A stretch of DNA of 64,000 nucleotides from Bryobacteraceae bacterium (GCA_049969655.1 JBMFOK010000002.1:112891-176890); one strand, 5' to 3'; counted from the stretch's first letter, positions 1 to 10,283 are shown. The notes: generated by a model from the letters alone, not told the origin. Made by a program: numbers and translations.

Positions 1-399
1 GCCATCAACTTCTTTGAAGTCGAGGGCCGGATCCTCTTCGTGGATCTGCCCGGCTACGGTTTCGCCGAGGCCCCCAAGGCGGTCCAGAGGGGCTGGCAGA
101 AGCTCATTGAGAGCTATCTGCTCGACCGCGAAAGTTTGGCGCTGTGCTTCGTCCTGCTCGACGCGCGGCGCGGCTGGATGGACTCTGACCTCCAGCTCAA
201 ACAGTGGCTGGAGTTCCATCATCGGCCGTACGCCGTCGTGGCAACGAAGTCGGACAAGCTCAATCGCAAGGAAATGAACGAAAGCCAGAAGGCGATCCGC
301 CGGCTCTACCCCGAAGGCGATCTCATCTGGTTTTCAGGCCTCACCGGCCAAGGAGTGAAAGAGATTTGGCAAACGATCTGGAAAAAAACAACCCGGTGA
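1..399 (+). CDS. engB: Ribosome-biogenesis GTPase EngB/YsxC, C-terminal part (5' end lies upstream of the window)
   Basis: Frame 1 is open from base 1 ([26 protein letters not shown]...). The peptide carries DLPGYG (G3), ATKSDKL (G4, TKxD) and the LLDARRG block typical of EngB/YihA. Stop TGA at 397-399. Confidence 0.85.
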   Translation, partial: AINFFEVEGRILFVDLPGYGFAEAPKAVQRGWQKLIESYLLDRESLALCFVLLDARRGWMDSDLQLKQWLEFHHRPYAVVATKSDKLNRKEMNESQKAIRRLYPEGDLIWFSGLTGQGVKEIWQTIWKKTTR

Positions 400-1886
400 A
401 TCAGGACCCCGCCACCGAGGAAAAAACCACCACTGCGGAGTCCCGCGCCGCTGAACCGGCCGTCCGCGAAGGCGTCCCCACCCGGCGCCGCCAGCCCGAG
501 GCGAAGGCCAAATCGGAGTCCGCCCAGAAAAACGGCCCCGAGGCCAAAGCCCCCGCCGAGGAGCCCGAGGAGGTTCAGGTCCAGCGCGAAGCCGAAGAAG
601 AACGGCCCCGCCAGGGCGCCCTCAACAAGCGCGGCAACCTCGACCTCGGCGAACTCAAGGAGATGTCCATCTCGCGCCTGCACCAGATCGCCCGCGAGCT
701 CGACATCCCGGGCGTCGCCGGCATGCGCAAACAGGAGCTCATCTTCAAGATCCTCCAGGCGCAGGCCGAAAAGGCCGGCCTCATCTTCAGCGAGGGCGTC
801 ATCGAGGTCCTTCCCGACGGCTTCGGCTTCCTCCGCGCCCCCGAGTACAACTACCTGCCCGGACCCGACGACGTCTACGTCTCCCCCTCCCAGATCCGCC
901 GCTTCGACCTCCGCACCGGCGACACCGTCAGCGGCCAGATCCGCCCCCCCAAGGAGGGCGAACGCTACTTCGCCCTCATCAAGGTCGACGCCATCAACTT
1001 CGAGCCCCCCGAGCAGGCCCGCAACAAAATCTTCTTCGACAACCTCACGCCGCTCTACCCGATGGAGCGCATCCGGCTGGAGACCACCCGCGACAACTTC
1101 ACCGGCCGCATCATGGACATGCTCACCCCCATCGGCAAGGGCCAGCGCGGCCTCATCGTCGCCCCGCCCCGCACCGGCAAGACGATGATGCTCCAGTCCA
1201 TCGCCCACTCCATCGCTACCAACCACCCTGAAATCATCCTCATCGTCCTCCTCATCGACGAGCGCCCCGAAGAGGTCACCGACATGCAGCGCTCCGTCAA
1301 GGGCGAGGTCATCAGCTCCACCTTCGACGAGCCCGCCCAGCGCCACGTCCAGGTCGCCGAAATGGTCATCGAAAAGGCCAAGCGCCTCGTCGAGCACAAG
1401 CGCGACGTCGTCATCCTGCTCGACTCCATCACCCGCCTCGCCCGCGCCTACAACACCGTCGTCCCGCCCTCCGGCAAGGTCCTCTCCGGCGGCGTCGACT
1501 CCAATGCCCTCCAGCGGCCCAAGCGCTTCTTCGGCGCCGCCCGCAACATCGAGGAGGGCGGCTCGCTCACCATCATCGCCACCGCCCTCATCGACACCGG
1601 CTCCCGCATGGACGACGTCATCTTTGAGGAGTTCAAGGGCACCGGCAACATGGAGGTCCACCTCGACCGCCGCCTCGTCGACAAGCGCATCTTCCCCGCC
1701 ATCGACATCAACAAGAGCGGCACCCGCAAGGACGAGCTCCTCATCCCGCGCGAGGAGCTCAACCGCATCTGGATCCTCCGCAAGGTCCTCGCCCCGCTGT
1801 CTCCGGTCGAGTCCATCGAGCTCCTGCTCGACAAGCTCGCCAAGACCCGCAACAACGCCGAGTTCCTCGCCTCAATGTCGACGTAA
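396..1886 (+). CDS. rho: Transcription termination factor Rho with an ~80-aa charged N-terminal extension
   Basis: ORF-track 204..1886. From [41 protein letters not shown] onward it matches the E. coli Rho N-terminus by eye, and Walker [13 protein letters not shown] is present. No in-frame ATG/GTG/TTG lies between GTG 396 and ATG 663. GTG 396 overlaps the engB stop (GTGA). Confidence 0.9.
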   Translation: MNQDPATEEKTTTAESRAAEPAVREGVPTRRRQPEAKAKSESAQKNGPEAKAPAEEPEEVQVQREAEEERPRQGALNKRGNLDLGELKEMSISRLHQIARELDIPGVAGMRKQELIFKILQAQAEKAGLIFSEGVIEVLPDGFGFLRAPEYNYLPGPDDVYVSPSQIRRFDLRTGDTVSGQIRPPKEGERYFALIKVDAINFEPPEQARNKIFFDNLTPLYPMERIRLETTRDNFTGRIMDMLTPIGKGQRGLIVAPPRTGKTMMLQSIAHSIATNHPEIILIVLLIDERPEEVTDMQRSVKGEVISSTFDEPAQRHVQVAEMVIEKAKRLVEHKRDVVILLDSITRLARAYNTVVPPSGKVLSGGVDSNALQRPKRFFGAARNIEEGGSLTIIATALIDTGSRMDDVIFEEFKGTGNMEVHLDRRLVDKRIFPAIDINKSGTRKDELLIPREELNRIWILRKVLAPLSPVESIELLLDKLAKTRNNAEFLASMST

Positions 1887-2295
1887 CCGGCTCTTCCATT
1901 CACCGCGCCCCGGCGCTCCGGCCGCTGCCCGCCGGCCGGCCCCCCGGGGCGCCGCCATTTTCCGGCCTTTTTCCCTCCACGCCAACGGCGCCCTTCGGCA
2001 GAACAGACCCGCAATATCGGCCTTTCTTTTTGGTCGGAATCCGGAGCAATTCCGCTCATCACGGCGCCCGGATTCTCCCGGCGTTTTCTGCAAATTCGGC
2101 CCCGATTCCGGCTCCAGCGCGGAAGCGCCCCCTTGACATACGCTTCAGGAAGAGCGAGCATGAGCTACCGGTTGCCCGCGGCTCCGCGGCGCCGCACGCG
2201 GAGCAGGTGGACGCCGGCAGGGAGGCTTTGTGCCGGCGGCCCCATCCTCTTTCGCCCGTTTCTCGAAAAGTCGTCCCCGACTGAGGGCGGTGTTC

Positions 2296-2976
2296 ATGTC
2301 GATCACGCTTGCCTTATCGGCGGCCGCCATCACTCCGGAAGAGGCCATTCGGGTGGTCGCCATCAACATTCGTCCGTCGCCCTTCGGACGGGACCTTGCG
2401 GAAGTGGAGGTCGTCACTCGAAACCTGAGTCCGAAGACCATTACCGCGTGGCACATGGAAGCAATCGCCGAATATGCGGACGGCCACACGGAAAAACGCG
2501 CCATTGCAGCGGATCAGATTTTCTATCAGTTTGCCCCGCAGTTTCAGCAGGCGTGGAAGCCAGGCCAAACTCGCTCGGATGCAACGACCGTCCCTGCCGG
2601 CCCGTCCGGCGATCTCCCCGTGCGCGCCTCCTGTCGGATCGGGGCAGTGGTCTTTGACGACGATACCGCCGTGGGCGAAAAGCGCCTGATTCAGTTGATT
2701 GCCGCCGGCCGGGCGAATCTGGCCAGACAGGGCTTGCAGGCTGTCGCCGCCGTCGAAAAGGCCCTGAAATCGCCAGACCCGGCCAACGCTCTCAGGCAAT
2801 ACCTCGAGGAAAAGAAAATCACGCCGCAAAATGGGTATTATCCCGGCATGGAAGGCAACGTGTATCACCTTCTGGTCGCTGGCGCCCCCCGCGAAACCAT
2901 CGACGCCTATCTCGCCATGATGCGCGATTCTTTCCACTTCATGGAGGCGCATGCTTCGCTCAGGGAGGAGCAGTGA
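2296..2976 (+). CDS. Hypothetical protein, no family recognised
   Basis: ORF-track 2230..2976 with protein-like composition. ATG 2296 (MSITLALSAAAITPEE...) is preferred over the R-rich upstream extension. Confidence 0.5.
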   Translation: MSITLALSAAAITPEEAIRVVAINIRPSPFGRDLAEVEVVTRNLSPKTITAWHMEAIAEYADGHTEKRAIAADQIFYQFAPQFQQAWKPGQTRSDATTVPAGPSGDLPVRASCRIGAVVFDDDTAVGEKRLIQLIAAGRANLARQGLQAVAAVEKALKSPDPANALRQYLEEKKITPQNGYYPGMEGNVYHLLVAGAPRETIDAYLAMMRDSFHFMEAHASLREEQ

Positions 2977-3268
2977 ACCCGGCAGGGCGTAGGACGCAGC
3001 AGCCACTCTCCCGCAACCATGAAGGTTACGCGGCGCTGCGGCAACAGGCGGGAACGTTGGATCAGAGGAGCAGGGCGCCGGCCGGGGCCGTGCCGCTGGG
3101 GCCGTGAAACTTGAGTCCTCGGCGCATCCCGCTCGCAGTTCGACTTCGGCGACGGCCGCGCCCCGCCACCTGGCGCCGTGACGCATCCCGCCGGCCGCGT
3201 CGCGGATCATCCCCACAGGCGCGTTTCATCCTGCCGGCTCATGATTTCGCCCCCCTGCCCAGCCCCGG

Positions 3269-3889
3269 CTATGGCTGCCCTAGCCCAGCCACGGGAAACT
3301 GTCTCGTCTCCCGCAGTGCCGCCTCCAGCCGGGCCCGGTACTCCGCCTTCGGGACCTCCACCGTCCCGAACTGCGCCAGATGCGGCGTCCAGTACTGCAC
3401 GTCGAACAGCACAAAACCCGCCCCGCGCAGCAGCCCGAGCAGCGTCACCAGCGCCACCTTCGACATGTCCGTCACGCGGTGAAACTTCGACTCCGCAAAA
3501 AACGCCCCACCCAGATGCACGCCGAAAATCCCGCCGGCCAGCTCCCCATTCACCCACACCTCGAGCGAATGCGCCCGGCCCCGCCGGTGCATCTCCTCAT
3601 ACACCGCCACGAGCTTTGGGGTCAGCCACACGCCCGGCCGCGCCGCGCACTGCCGCACCACCTCGCCAAAGGCCCGGTCTACCGTAATCTCGTAGCCCCC
3701 GCGCCGCATCCGCCGCCGCAGCGACGTGGGCACGTGCACCGCGTCCAACGGAATGATGCCCCGCGGATCGGGCTCATGCCAGGTGAACGCACCCTCCCCT
3801 TCGTACCCCATCGGGAAAATGCCCCGCCGGTAGCCCTCCTCCACCGACTCGGGCGTCACCGTGAATGTCACCTTGACGATGTCCAGCAC
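3269..3889 (-). CDS. aat: Leucyl/phenylalanyl-tRNA--protein transferase
   Basis: 206-aa ORF with RRGIFPMG...WHEPDPRGIIPLD...SLEVWVNGELAGGIFGVHLGGAFFAESKF...FVLFDVQ, blocks characteristic of L/F-transferase. Confidence 0.85.
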   Translation of the reverse strand: MLDIVKVTFTVTPESVEEGYRRGIFPMGYEGEGAFTWHEPDPRGIIPLDAVHVPTSLRRRMRRGGYEITVDRAFGEVVRQCAARPGVWLTPKLVAVYEEMHRRGRAHSLEVWVNGELAGGIFGVHLGGAFFAESKFHRVTDMSKVALVTLLGLLRGAGFVLFDVQYWTPHLAQFGTVEVPKAEYRARLEAALRETRQFPVAGLGQP

Positions 3890-3936
3890 CAGCGCCCCTC
3901 GTTCACGCCCGCGCGCGTTCCGGGTACAATGCGCCC

Positions 3937-4872
3937 ATGAAGCTCACGGCCCTTCTGGCCCTGTCCGTCCTCTCCGCCTCCGCCGCGGATCTCCGCCTCG
4001 GTATCGTCGGGACGGACACCTCGCACGTCATCGCGTTTACTTCCATTCTGAACGACCCGAACCACCCGGGCCACGTGCCCGGCGCGCGCGTCGCCGCCGC
4101 CTTCAAGGGCGGCAGCCCGGACCTCGCCGCCAGCCGGGACCGCGTCGACAAATACGCCGCCGAGCTGGCTTCCAGATTCGGCGTCGAAATCGTTCCCGAT
4201 ATCCCGACCCTGCTCGGCAAGGTCGACGCCGTACTGCTGGAAAGCGTCGACGGCCGCGTCCACCTCGCGCAGTTCCGCGAAATCGCCCGCTCGGGCAAGC
4301 CTGTCTTTATCGACAAGCCGCTCGCTTCCACCTACGAAGACGCCCGCGAAATCGCCGAACTCGCCCGCCGCTTCGGCGTGCCCTGGTTCAGCTCCTCCGC
4401 CCTCCGCTACTCCTCCGCACTGGCCGGACTTCGCTCCGGCCCCGTCGATGGCGCCTTCGTCTGGGCGCCCGGGCCGCTCGAGCCCACGCATCGGCTGGAC
4501 CTCTCCTGGTACGGGATCCACGCCGTCGAAATCCTCTACACGCTGATGGGCCCGGGCTGCGAGGAGGTCTCGCGCACCTTCGCCCCGGACGCCGAAATCG
4601 TCACCGGCCGCTGGAAGGACGGCCGCGTCGCCGCCATCCGCCTCGTCCGGCCCTACTCGGCCTACGGCGCCGTCGTCTTCTCCGGAAAGCAAGTCCGTCA
4701 GTCGCAGCAGGATCTCTATACCGGCTACCGCGGCCTCGTCGTGCAGATCGTGAATTTCTTCCAGACGCGCGTGCCGCCAGTCCCGGAACAGGAAACGCTG
4801 GAAATGTTTTCCTTCATGGACGCCGCCCAGCGCAGCCGCGAAGCCGGCGGCGCGCCGCAGAAGCTGCGTTGA
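3937..4872 (+). CDS. Secreted Gfo/Idh/MocA-family oxidoreductase
   Basis: Signal peptide MKLTALLALSVLSASAA, then a Rossmann start LRLGIVGTDTSHV and the ...KPVFIDKPLA motif typical of Gfo/Idh/MocA. Confidence 0.75.
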   Translation: MKLTALLALSVLSASAADLRLGIVGTDTSHVIAFTSILNDPNHPGHVPGARVAAAFKGGSPDLAASRDRVDKYAAELASRFGVEIVPDIPTLLGKVDAVLLESVDGRVHLAQFREIARSGKPVFIDKPLASTYEDAREIAELARRFGVPWFSSSALRYSSALAGLRSGPVDGAFVWAPGPLEPTHRLDLSWYGIHAVEILYTLMGPGCEEVSRTFAPDAEIVTGRWKDGRVAAIRLVRPYSAYGAVVFSGKQVRQSQQDLYTGYRGLVVQIVNFFQTRVPPVPEQETLEMFSFMDAAQRSREAGGAPQKLR

Positions 4873-4877
4873 ACGAA

Positions 4878-5561
4878 GTGCAGACCGACTTCGTCCTCTT
4901 CAGCGCCCGCCACTGGGGCGTGATCCTCGCGATCCCCGCCGCCGCCGCGCTCCTGCGCCTCGCCGCCGGCCCGCAGGCCGGCCGCGGCCGTGCCGTCCGC
5001 CTCGCCGCCGGCCTCTTCCTTGCCGTCAACGAACTCGTCTGGTACGCCTACCGTCTCTACACCGAAGGCGTCCGCTTCCCCGAAGGCCTGCCCCTCAACC
5101 TCTGCGACCTCTCCCTCTGGCTCACCGTCGTCACCCTGCTCACCCTCAACCGCTGGCTCTTTGACGCCGCCTGGTTCGTCGGCATCGGCGGCGCTTCCAT
5201 GGCCGTGCTCACCCCGGAGCTCTGGGCGCCCTTCTGGTCCTACCCCACCATGTACTTCTTTACCGCCCACGGCGGCGTCATCGCCACGCTCATCTTCCTC
5301 GCCTGGTCCGGCATGGCCAGACCCCGCCCCCGCGCCATCCTCCGCGCCATGCTCGTCCTCCACGCCTGGGCCGCCTTCGTCGCCGCCTTCAACCTCGTCT
5401 TCCACACGAATTACATGTACCTTTGCGAAAAGCCCTCCACGCCCTCTCTGCTCGACTACATGGGCCCCTGGCCCTGGTACATTCTCTCCGGCGAACTGGT
5501 CGCCTGGGCCGTCTTCGGCCTGCTCGCCCTCCCCTTCCGCTGCCGGCCCGTGAAAGAATGA
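4878..5561 (+). CDS. Polytopic integral membrane protein, YwaF/TIGR02206-like
   Basis: 3' part of ORF-track 3861..5561. Multiple hydrophobic helices and a GLPLNLCDLSLW motif. GTG 4878 (or TTG 4869) lies just after the upstream stop. The upstream part of the long ORF is R/P-rich nonsense overlapping the 3937..4872 gene. Confidence 0.6.
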   Translation: MQTDFVLFSARHWGVILAIPAAAALLRLAAGPQAGRGRAVRLAAGLFLAVNELVWYAYRLYTEGVRFPEGLPLNLCDLSLWLTVVTLLTLNRWLFDAAWFVGIGGASMAVLTPELWAPFWSYPTMYFFTAHGGVIATLIFLAWSGMARPRPRAILRAMLVLHAWAAFVAAFNLVFHTNYMYLCEKPSTPSLLDYMGPWPWYILSGELVAWAVFGLLALPFRCRPVKE

Positions 5562-6757
5562 TCGCTGTCATGCGATGGACGCTGCCCGCGTTGCTGCTCT
5601 CTCTCGTCTCCAGCTTCGCCGCCGAAAAGCCGTTCCTGTTCCGCGAGGACATCTTCCCCCTCGACCCGAAGCACAACCACGCCTCCTCGCTCGTCCTGCT
5701 TCCTGATGGCGGACTCCTCGCCTGCTGGTACCGCGGCTCCGGCGAACGCACCGCCGACGACGTCCAGGTGATGGCCGCCGTCAGGCCCCGCGGCCAAAAA
5801 ACATGGTCCGCGCCTTTTGTTCTGGCCGACCAGCCCGGCTACCCGGACACCAACCCCGTCCTCTTCATCGACCGCCAGGGCCGCCTCTGGCTCTTCTGGC
5901 AGACCATCCTCGCCAACACCTGGGAGAGCGCCATCACAAACTTCCGCATGGCGGAAAAATACCCCGGCCGGGGCCTGCCCCGCTGGGACCGCGCCGGCCT
6001 CATCCTGCCCAAACCCGTGCGCATCGAAGAGGCCGCCGCCGCGCTCGCGGCGCGCGCCGGCGGCACGGCCTGGGAACAGGCCGCACAAAAAATCGCCGCC
6101 ATGGCCAAAGACAGGCTCGCCACCCGCCTCGGCTGGATGACCCGCGCCCACCCCATCCAGCTCCCCTCCGGCCGCATCCTCCTGCCCATGTATTCCGACG
6201 GCTTTGATTTCTCCCTCGTCGCCATCAGCGACGACGGCGGACTCACCTGGCGCGGCTCCGAACCCATCCAGAGCGTCGCCGGCATCCAGCCCACCTTCGC
6301 CGTGAAGAAGGACGGCACGCTCGTCGCCTACCTCCGCGACAACGGCCCTCCGCCCAAGCGCGTGCAGGTGAGCTATTCGCGCGACCAGGGCGAGACCTGG
6401 TCACCCGCCGTCGATACCGAAATCCCCAACTCCGGCACGGGACTCGAGGTCATCAATCTCCGCGACGGGCGCTGGCTCATGGTCAACAACGACACCGAAA
6501 AAGGCCGCCATTCGCTCGCCATCACCATCACCGACGACGAGGGCGCCACCTGGAAGTGGAAGCGCCACATCGAGCTCGACACACGCCCCGACCGCCCCGG
6601 CTCCTTCCATTACCCTTCCGTCCTCCAGGCGCCCGACGGCACAATCCATCTCACCTACAGCGTTTTCCTGAACCACCTGCCCGAAGGCCAACCCCGCAAG
6701 ACCATCCGCTACGCCCGCTTCAATCTCGCCTGGGTCGAACAGGGCGATCCCGATTAG
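5558..6757 (+). CDS. Secreted BNR/sialidase-fold (exo-alpha-sialidase-like) protein
   Basis: ATG 5558 overlaps the upstream stop (ATGA). Signal peptide MIAVMRWTLPALLLSLVSSFAA. BNR-like SxDxGxTW repeats are present (ISDDGGLTW, SRDQGETW, TDDEGATW). Confidence 0.7.
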   Translation: MIAVMRWTLPALLLSLVSSFAAEKPFLFREDIFPLDPKHNHASSLVLLPDGGLLACWYRGSGERTADDVQVMAAVRPRGQKTWSAPFVLADQPGYPDTNPVLFIDRQGRLWLFWQTILANTWESAITNFRMAEKYPGRGLPRWDRAGLILPKPVRIEEAAAALAARAGGTAWEQAAQKIAAMAKDRLATRLGWMTRAHPIQLPSGRILLPMYSDGFDFSLVAISDDGGLTWRGSEPIQSVAGIQPTFAVKKDGTLVAYLRDNGPPPKRVQVSYSRDQGETWSPAVDTEIPNSGTGLEVINLRDGRWLMVNNDTEKGRHSLAITITDDEGATWKWKRHIELDTRPDRPGSFHYPSVLQAPDGTIHLTYSVFLNHLPEGQPRKTIRYARFNLAWVEQGDPD

Positions 6758-6809
6758 CGCCCCGCCTCCCGCCGCCCGGGTGTATCATCGCGGTTTCCGG
6801 GAGAATTTC

Positions 6810-9800
6810 ATGCGAATTTCCGTTCTCATTCTGCTTCCGGTTTCCGCGTGCGCCATGGCCCAGATCCACACCCGCGGCGTGGGCGTCTATCCCGGCGATC
6901 CGCGCGAGGACGCCTCGCCCCTGTCGCGCATCGACAACACCACCTACCGCAACCTCGCCCTGCACCGCGCCGCCTGGCATTCCTCCAGCTACGACTACAA
7001 CCTCACCGCGCAGCTCATCACCGACGGCATCCGCGAGTCCCGCCTCCCGCGCTGGCTCTCCACCGGCAGCAGCCAGAAGCCCGTTTTCGAAAAACACGAG
7101 CGCGAATGGCTCCTCGACGGCAACTGGGTGACCAGCGCCGACGTGCCGGGGCCGCGCGGCTGGGTCCAGGCCGCTTTCCTCGGCGGCGACGCTCCCATCA
7201 CCGTCGACCGCATCGACTTCGACGCCCGTCTCGACCTCCGCAACAACGCCGACCCCGGCTACACCCTCATCGTTTCCGCCTCCGGCGACGGCAGCACCTG
7301 GACCGAAGTGGCGCGCCTCGAAAGCCGCGAGCGCCCGCAGCGCGAGTTTTTCGCGAGCATCCCCATCACGCCGCCCGCCACCGCGCGCTGGTTCCGCGTC
7401 TCCTTCGATGCGCCCTCCGTCACCCAGTGGCGCGTCGGCGGCATCGCACCGTATCTGTTCGGCGAGCCGTTGCGGCTCAGCGGGCCGCATCCGTTCGCGA
7501 GCACCTGGAAGAGCGCCGGCGCGGGCGAAGAGTGGGTGATGGTGGATCTCGGCGCGGAATGCACCATCGACCGCTTCGCTCTCCACTGGATCTGGCGCGC
7601 CGCCGAGGGCCGCATCCAGGTCTCCGCCGACGCCAGGCAGTGGCGCGATGCCGCCGCACTGCCTGGCCACGCCGCGCTCTCGGACGACATCCGCCTTCCC
7701 GCTCCCGTGCAGGCCCGCTACGTCCGCGTGCTGATGACAAGGCCCGCCAACCCGGAAGGCTACATCCTCTCCGAACTCGAAGTCTACGGCCGCGGCGGCC
7801 CCGTCTGGTCGCCCCGCCCCGTCCCCGCGCCCGCCGGCGGACGGCTCCGCCTCTCCGGCGGCTGGCGTCTCCAGCGCGGCAGCCTCGTCGCCGCCCACGG
7901 CGCCGAGATCAGCCGCCCCGGCTTCGCCGACGGATCCTGGATCCCCGCCACCGTGCCCGGCACGGTGCTCTCCTCGTATTTGAACATCGGCGCCGTCCCC
8001 GACCCCAATTACAGCGACAATCAGTTGATGATTTCGGATTCTTTTTTCTATTCCGATTTCTGGTACCGCACGGAATTCAACGCTTCGGCGTCACTAAAGA
8101 ACGACAAAATATGGCTGAATTTCTGCGGAATCAACTGGAAAGCCGAGGTCTTCTTTAACGGCGAATTCCTCGGCCGCATTGACGGCGCTTTCCGCCGCGC
8201 CCGCTTTGACCTTTCCGGGAAAATCCGCCTCGGGGAGAAGAACGCCCTCGCCGTGCACGTGCTCAGGAACGCCACCCCGGGCAGCGTCAAGGAAAAGACC
8301 TTCGACAGCCCGGACAAGAACGGCGGCGCGCTCGGGGCCGACAATCCCACCTTCCACGCCAGCATCGGCTGGGACTGGATCCCCACCATCCGCGGCCGCA
8401 ACACCGGCATCTGGAACGAGGTCTGGATCGATTCGGGCGGGCCGGTCACGCTCGCCGATCCGCTCGTCGCGAGCCGCGTCGCCCCGGACCGCCGCTCGGC
8501 CGACGTCCGCCTGGAATTCGCCGTAGAAAATCACGCGCCGCGTCCGGTCCAGGGCGTGCTGGTCGGCTCTTTCGGCGATCGGAATTTCTCGCAGGAAATC
8601 TCGCTCGCCGCCGGCGAATCCCGCGCCGCCGCCATTTCTTTCCGCCTCGAAAATCCCCGCCTCTGGTGGCCCAATGGCTACGGCGAACCGTATCTGTATC
8701 CGGTCGAGGCGCGCTTTGAAATCCAGGGCGCCGTCTCCGGCCGCCTCGCTTTCCAGGCCGGCGTCCGCGAGTTCGCCTACAGCGAGGAGGGCGGCGCTCT
8801 CCGCCTGTGGATCAACGGCCGCCGCTTCATTCCGCGCGGCGGCAACTGGGGCTTCAGCGAGTCCCTGCTCCGCTACCGCTCCCGCGAGTACGACGCCGCC
8901 GTCCGCTACCACCGCCACATGAACTTCACCATGATCCGCAACTGGGTGGGCATGATCGGCGACGACGCTTTCTATGAGGCCTGCGACCGCCACGGCATCG
9001 TCGTCTGGCAGGACTTCTGGCTCGCCAATCCCTGGGACGGGCCCGACCCCGATGACCACCGCATGTTCCTCGACAACGCCCGCGACCTGCTGCTGCGCAT
9101 CCGCCATCACGCCTCCATCGGCCTGTACTGCGGCCGCAACGAAGGGTTTCCGCCCCCGCCCATCGACCGCGAACTCCGCCGCCTCATCGCCGAACTCCAC
9201 CCCGGCCTGCACTACATCAGCAGCTCGGCCGACGAGGTCGTCAGCGGCCACGGCCCCTATCGCGCCATGCCGCCCGAATACTATTTCCGCGAGCGCGCCA
9301 CCCCGAAATTCCACAGTGAAATGGGCATGCCCAACATCGTCACCTGGGACAGCCTGCGCCTGTTCATCCCCGAAGACCAGGCCTGGCCGCAGGGCCGCCT
9401 CTGGGGCCTGCACGACTTCTGCCTCAACGGCGCGCAGGGCGGCGCGAGCTTCCGCGCCCTCATCGAAAAGCGCTTCGGCCCGGCCCGCGACGCCCGCGAC
9501 TGGACCGAACTCGCCCAGTTCCTCAACTACGAGGGCCACCGCGCCATGTTCGAGGCCCAGAGCCGCAACCGCATGGGCCTCCTCATCTGGATGAGCCATC
9601 CCGCCTGGCCTTCCCTCGTCTGGCAGACCTATGATTACTACCTCGAACCCACCGCCGCCTACTTCGGGGCGAGAAAGGCCAACGAGCCGCTGCACATTCA
9701 GTGGAATCCGCTCGCCAATGCCGTGGAAGTCGTCAACTACAGCGCCGGCAACATCAACGGACTCGCCGCCACGGCCCGCATTCTCGGCCTGAACGGCGAC

Positions 9801-10283
9801 ATTCTGCGGGAATTCACTGCCAATTTAGACAGTGTGGAGGACTCGGTTTCGTCTCCCATTTCCATCGAATGGCCGCAAAATCTCCCGCCCGTTTCTTTCC
9901 TGAAGCTGGAATTGCGCCGCGGCAATGAACTGATTTCCTCGAATCTTTACTGGCGCAGCGCCGCCGGCGAGGATTTTTCCGCACTGCGTCGGCTCCCGCC
10001 GGTCCGGCTGGAGACGGCCACAAGGCCGCGACGCGAGGAGGGCCGCTGGCTGCTTGAGACCACGATTCGCAATCCGGCTTCCACGCCCGCCCTCATGGTC
10101 CGGCTCATCGCCGTGCGCGCCCACTCGGGCGACCGCATTCTGCCGGCGCTCTATTCAGACAACTACCTCGTCCTCATGCCGGGCGAGTCCGCCACCGTCA
10201 CCACCGAGGTCGCAGAGGCCGACTGCCGCGGCGAGCCGCCCGCCATCCGCGTCGAGGGATTCAATGTCGCGTCCGCGCGCTGA
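6810..10283 (+). CDS. Glycoside hydrolase family 2 (beta-mannosidase / exo-beta-D-glucosaminidase-like) with N-terminal F5/8 type C (discoidin) domain
   Basis: Signal peptide MRISVLILLPVSACAMA. Discoidin-like EEWVMVDLGAECTIDRFALHW...RYVRVLM. GH2 sugar-binding start WIPATVPGTVLSSYLNIGAVPDPNY, then a long GH2-like core. Confidence 0.8.
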   Translation: MRISVLILLPVSACAMAQIHTRGVGVYPGDPREDASPLSRIDNTTYRNLALHRAAWHSSSYDYNLTAQLITDGIRESRLPRWLSTGSSQKPVFEKHEREWLLDGNWVTSADVPGPRGWVQAAFLGGDAPITVDRIDFDARLDLRNNADPGYTLIVSASGDGSTWTEVARLESRERPQREFFASIPITPPATARWFRVSFDAPSVTQWRVGGIAPYLFGEPLRLSGPHPFASTWKSAGAGEEWVMVDLGAECTIDRFALHWIWRAAEGRIQVSADARQWRDAAALPGHAALSDDIRLPAPVQARYVRVLMTRPANPEGYILSELEVYGRGGPVWSPRPVPAPAGGRLRLSGGWRLQRGSLVAAHGAEISRPGFADGSWIPATVPGTVLSSYLNIGAVPDPNYSDNQLMISDSFFYSDFWYRTEFNASASLKNDKIWLNFCGINWKAEVFFNGEFLGRIDGAFRRARFDLSGKIRLGEKNALAVHVLRNATPGSVKEKTFDSPDKNGGALGADNPTFHASIGWDWIPTIRGRNTGIWNEVWIDSGGPVTLADPLVASRVAPDRRSADVRLEFAVENHAPRPVQGVLVGSFGDRNFSQEISLAAGESRAAAISFRLENPRLWWPNGYGEPYLYPVEARFEIQGAVSGRLAFQAGVREFAYSEEGGALRLWINGRRFIPRGGNWGFSESLLRYRSREYDAAVRYHRHMNFTMIRNWVGMIGDDAFYEACDRHGIVVWQDFWLANPWDGPDPDDHRMFLDNARDLLLRIRHHASIGLYCGRNEGFPPPPIDRELRRLIAELHPGLHYISSSADEVVSGHGPYRAMPPEYYFRERATPKFHSEMGMPNIVTWDSLRLFIPEDQAWPQGRLWGLHDFCLNGAQGGASFRALIEKRFGPARDARDWTELAQFLNYEGHRAMFEAQSRNRMGLLIWMSHPAWPSLVWQTYDYYLEPTAAYFGARKANEPLHIQWNPLANAVEVVNYSAGNINGLAATARILGLNGDILREFTANLDSVEDSVSSPISIEWPQNLPPVSFLKLELRRGNELISSNLYWRSAAGEDFSALRRLPPVRLETATRPRREEGRWLLETTIRNPASTPALMVRLIAVRAHSGDRILPALYSDNYLVLMPGESATVTTEVAEADCRGEPPAIRVEGFNVASAR

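Noticed and set aside
306-1661. 451-aa ORF antisense to rho, plus other nested ORFs at 575..850, 1055..1432 and 1448..2161
   Set aside because: G/A/D/E/L-rich low-complexity translation typical of shadow ORFs opposite a real gene in high-G+C DNA. Rho on the other strand has unambiguous motifs.
1887-2295. 409-bp spacer after rho with a TTGACA hexamer at 2133..2138
   Set aside because: No acceptable -10 lies at 16-19 nt spacing, and the ORFs here (2030..2284, 2133..2657) are R-rich nonsense. It contains a plausible G+C-rich hairpin plus T-stretch after rho (about 1931..1975), but nothing I could assign confidently.
3861-4877. N-terminal 339 codons of the 566-aa ORF 3861..5561
   Set aside because: R/P-rich nonsense (RRRAGFQIRRRNRSRYPDPARQGRRR...) overlapping the well-supported Gfo/Idh/MocA gene in another frame. 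Only the hydrophobic 3' part (4878..5561) looks like a real protein.
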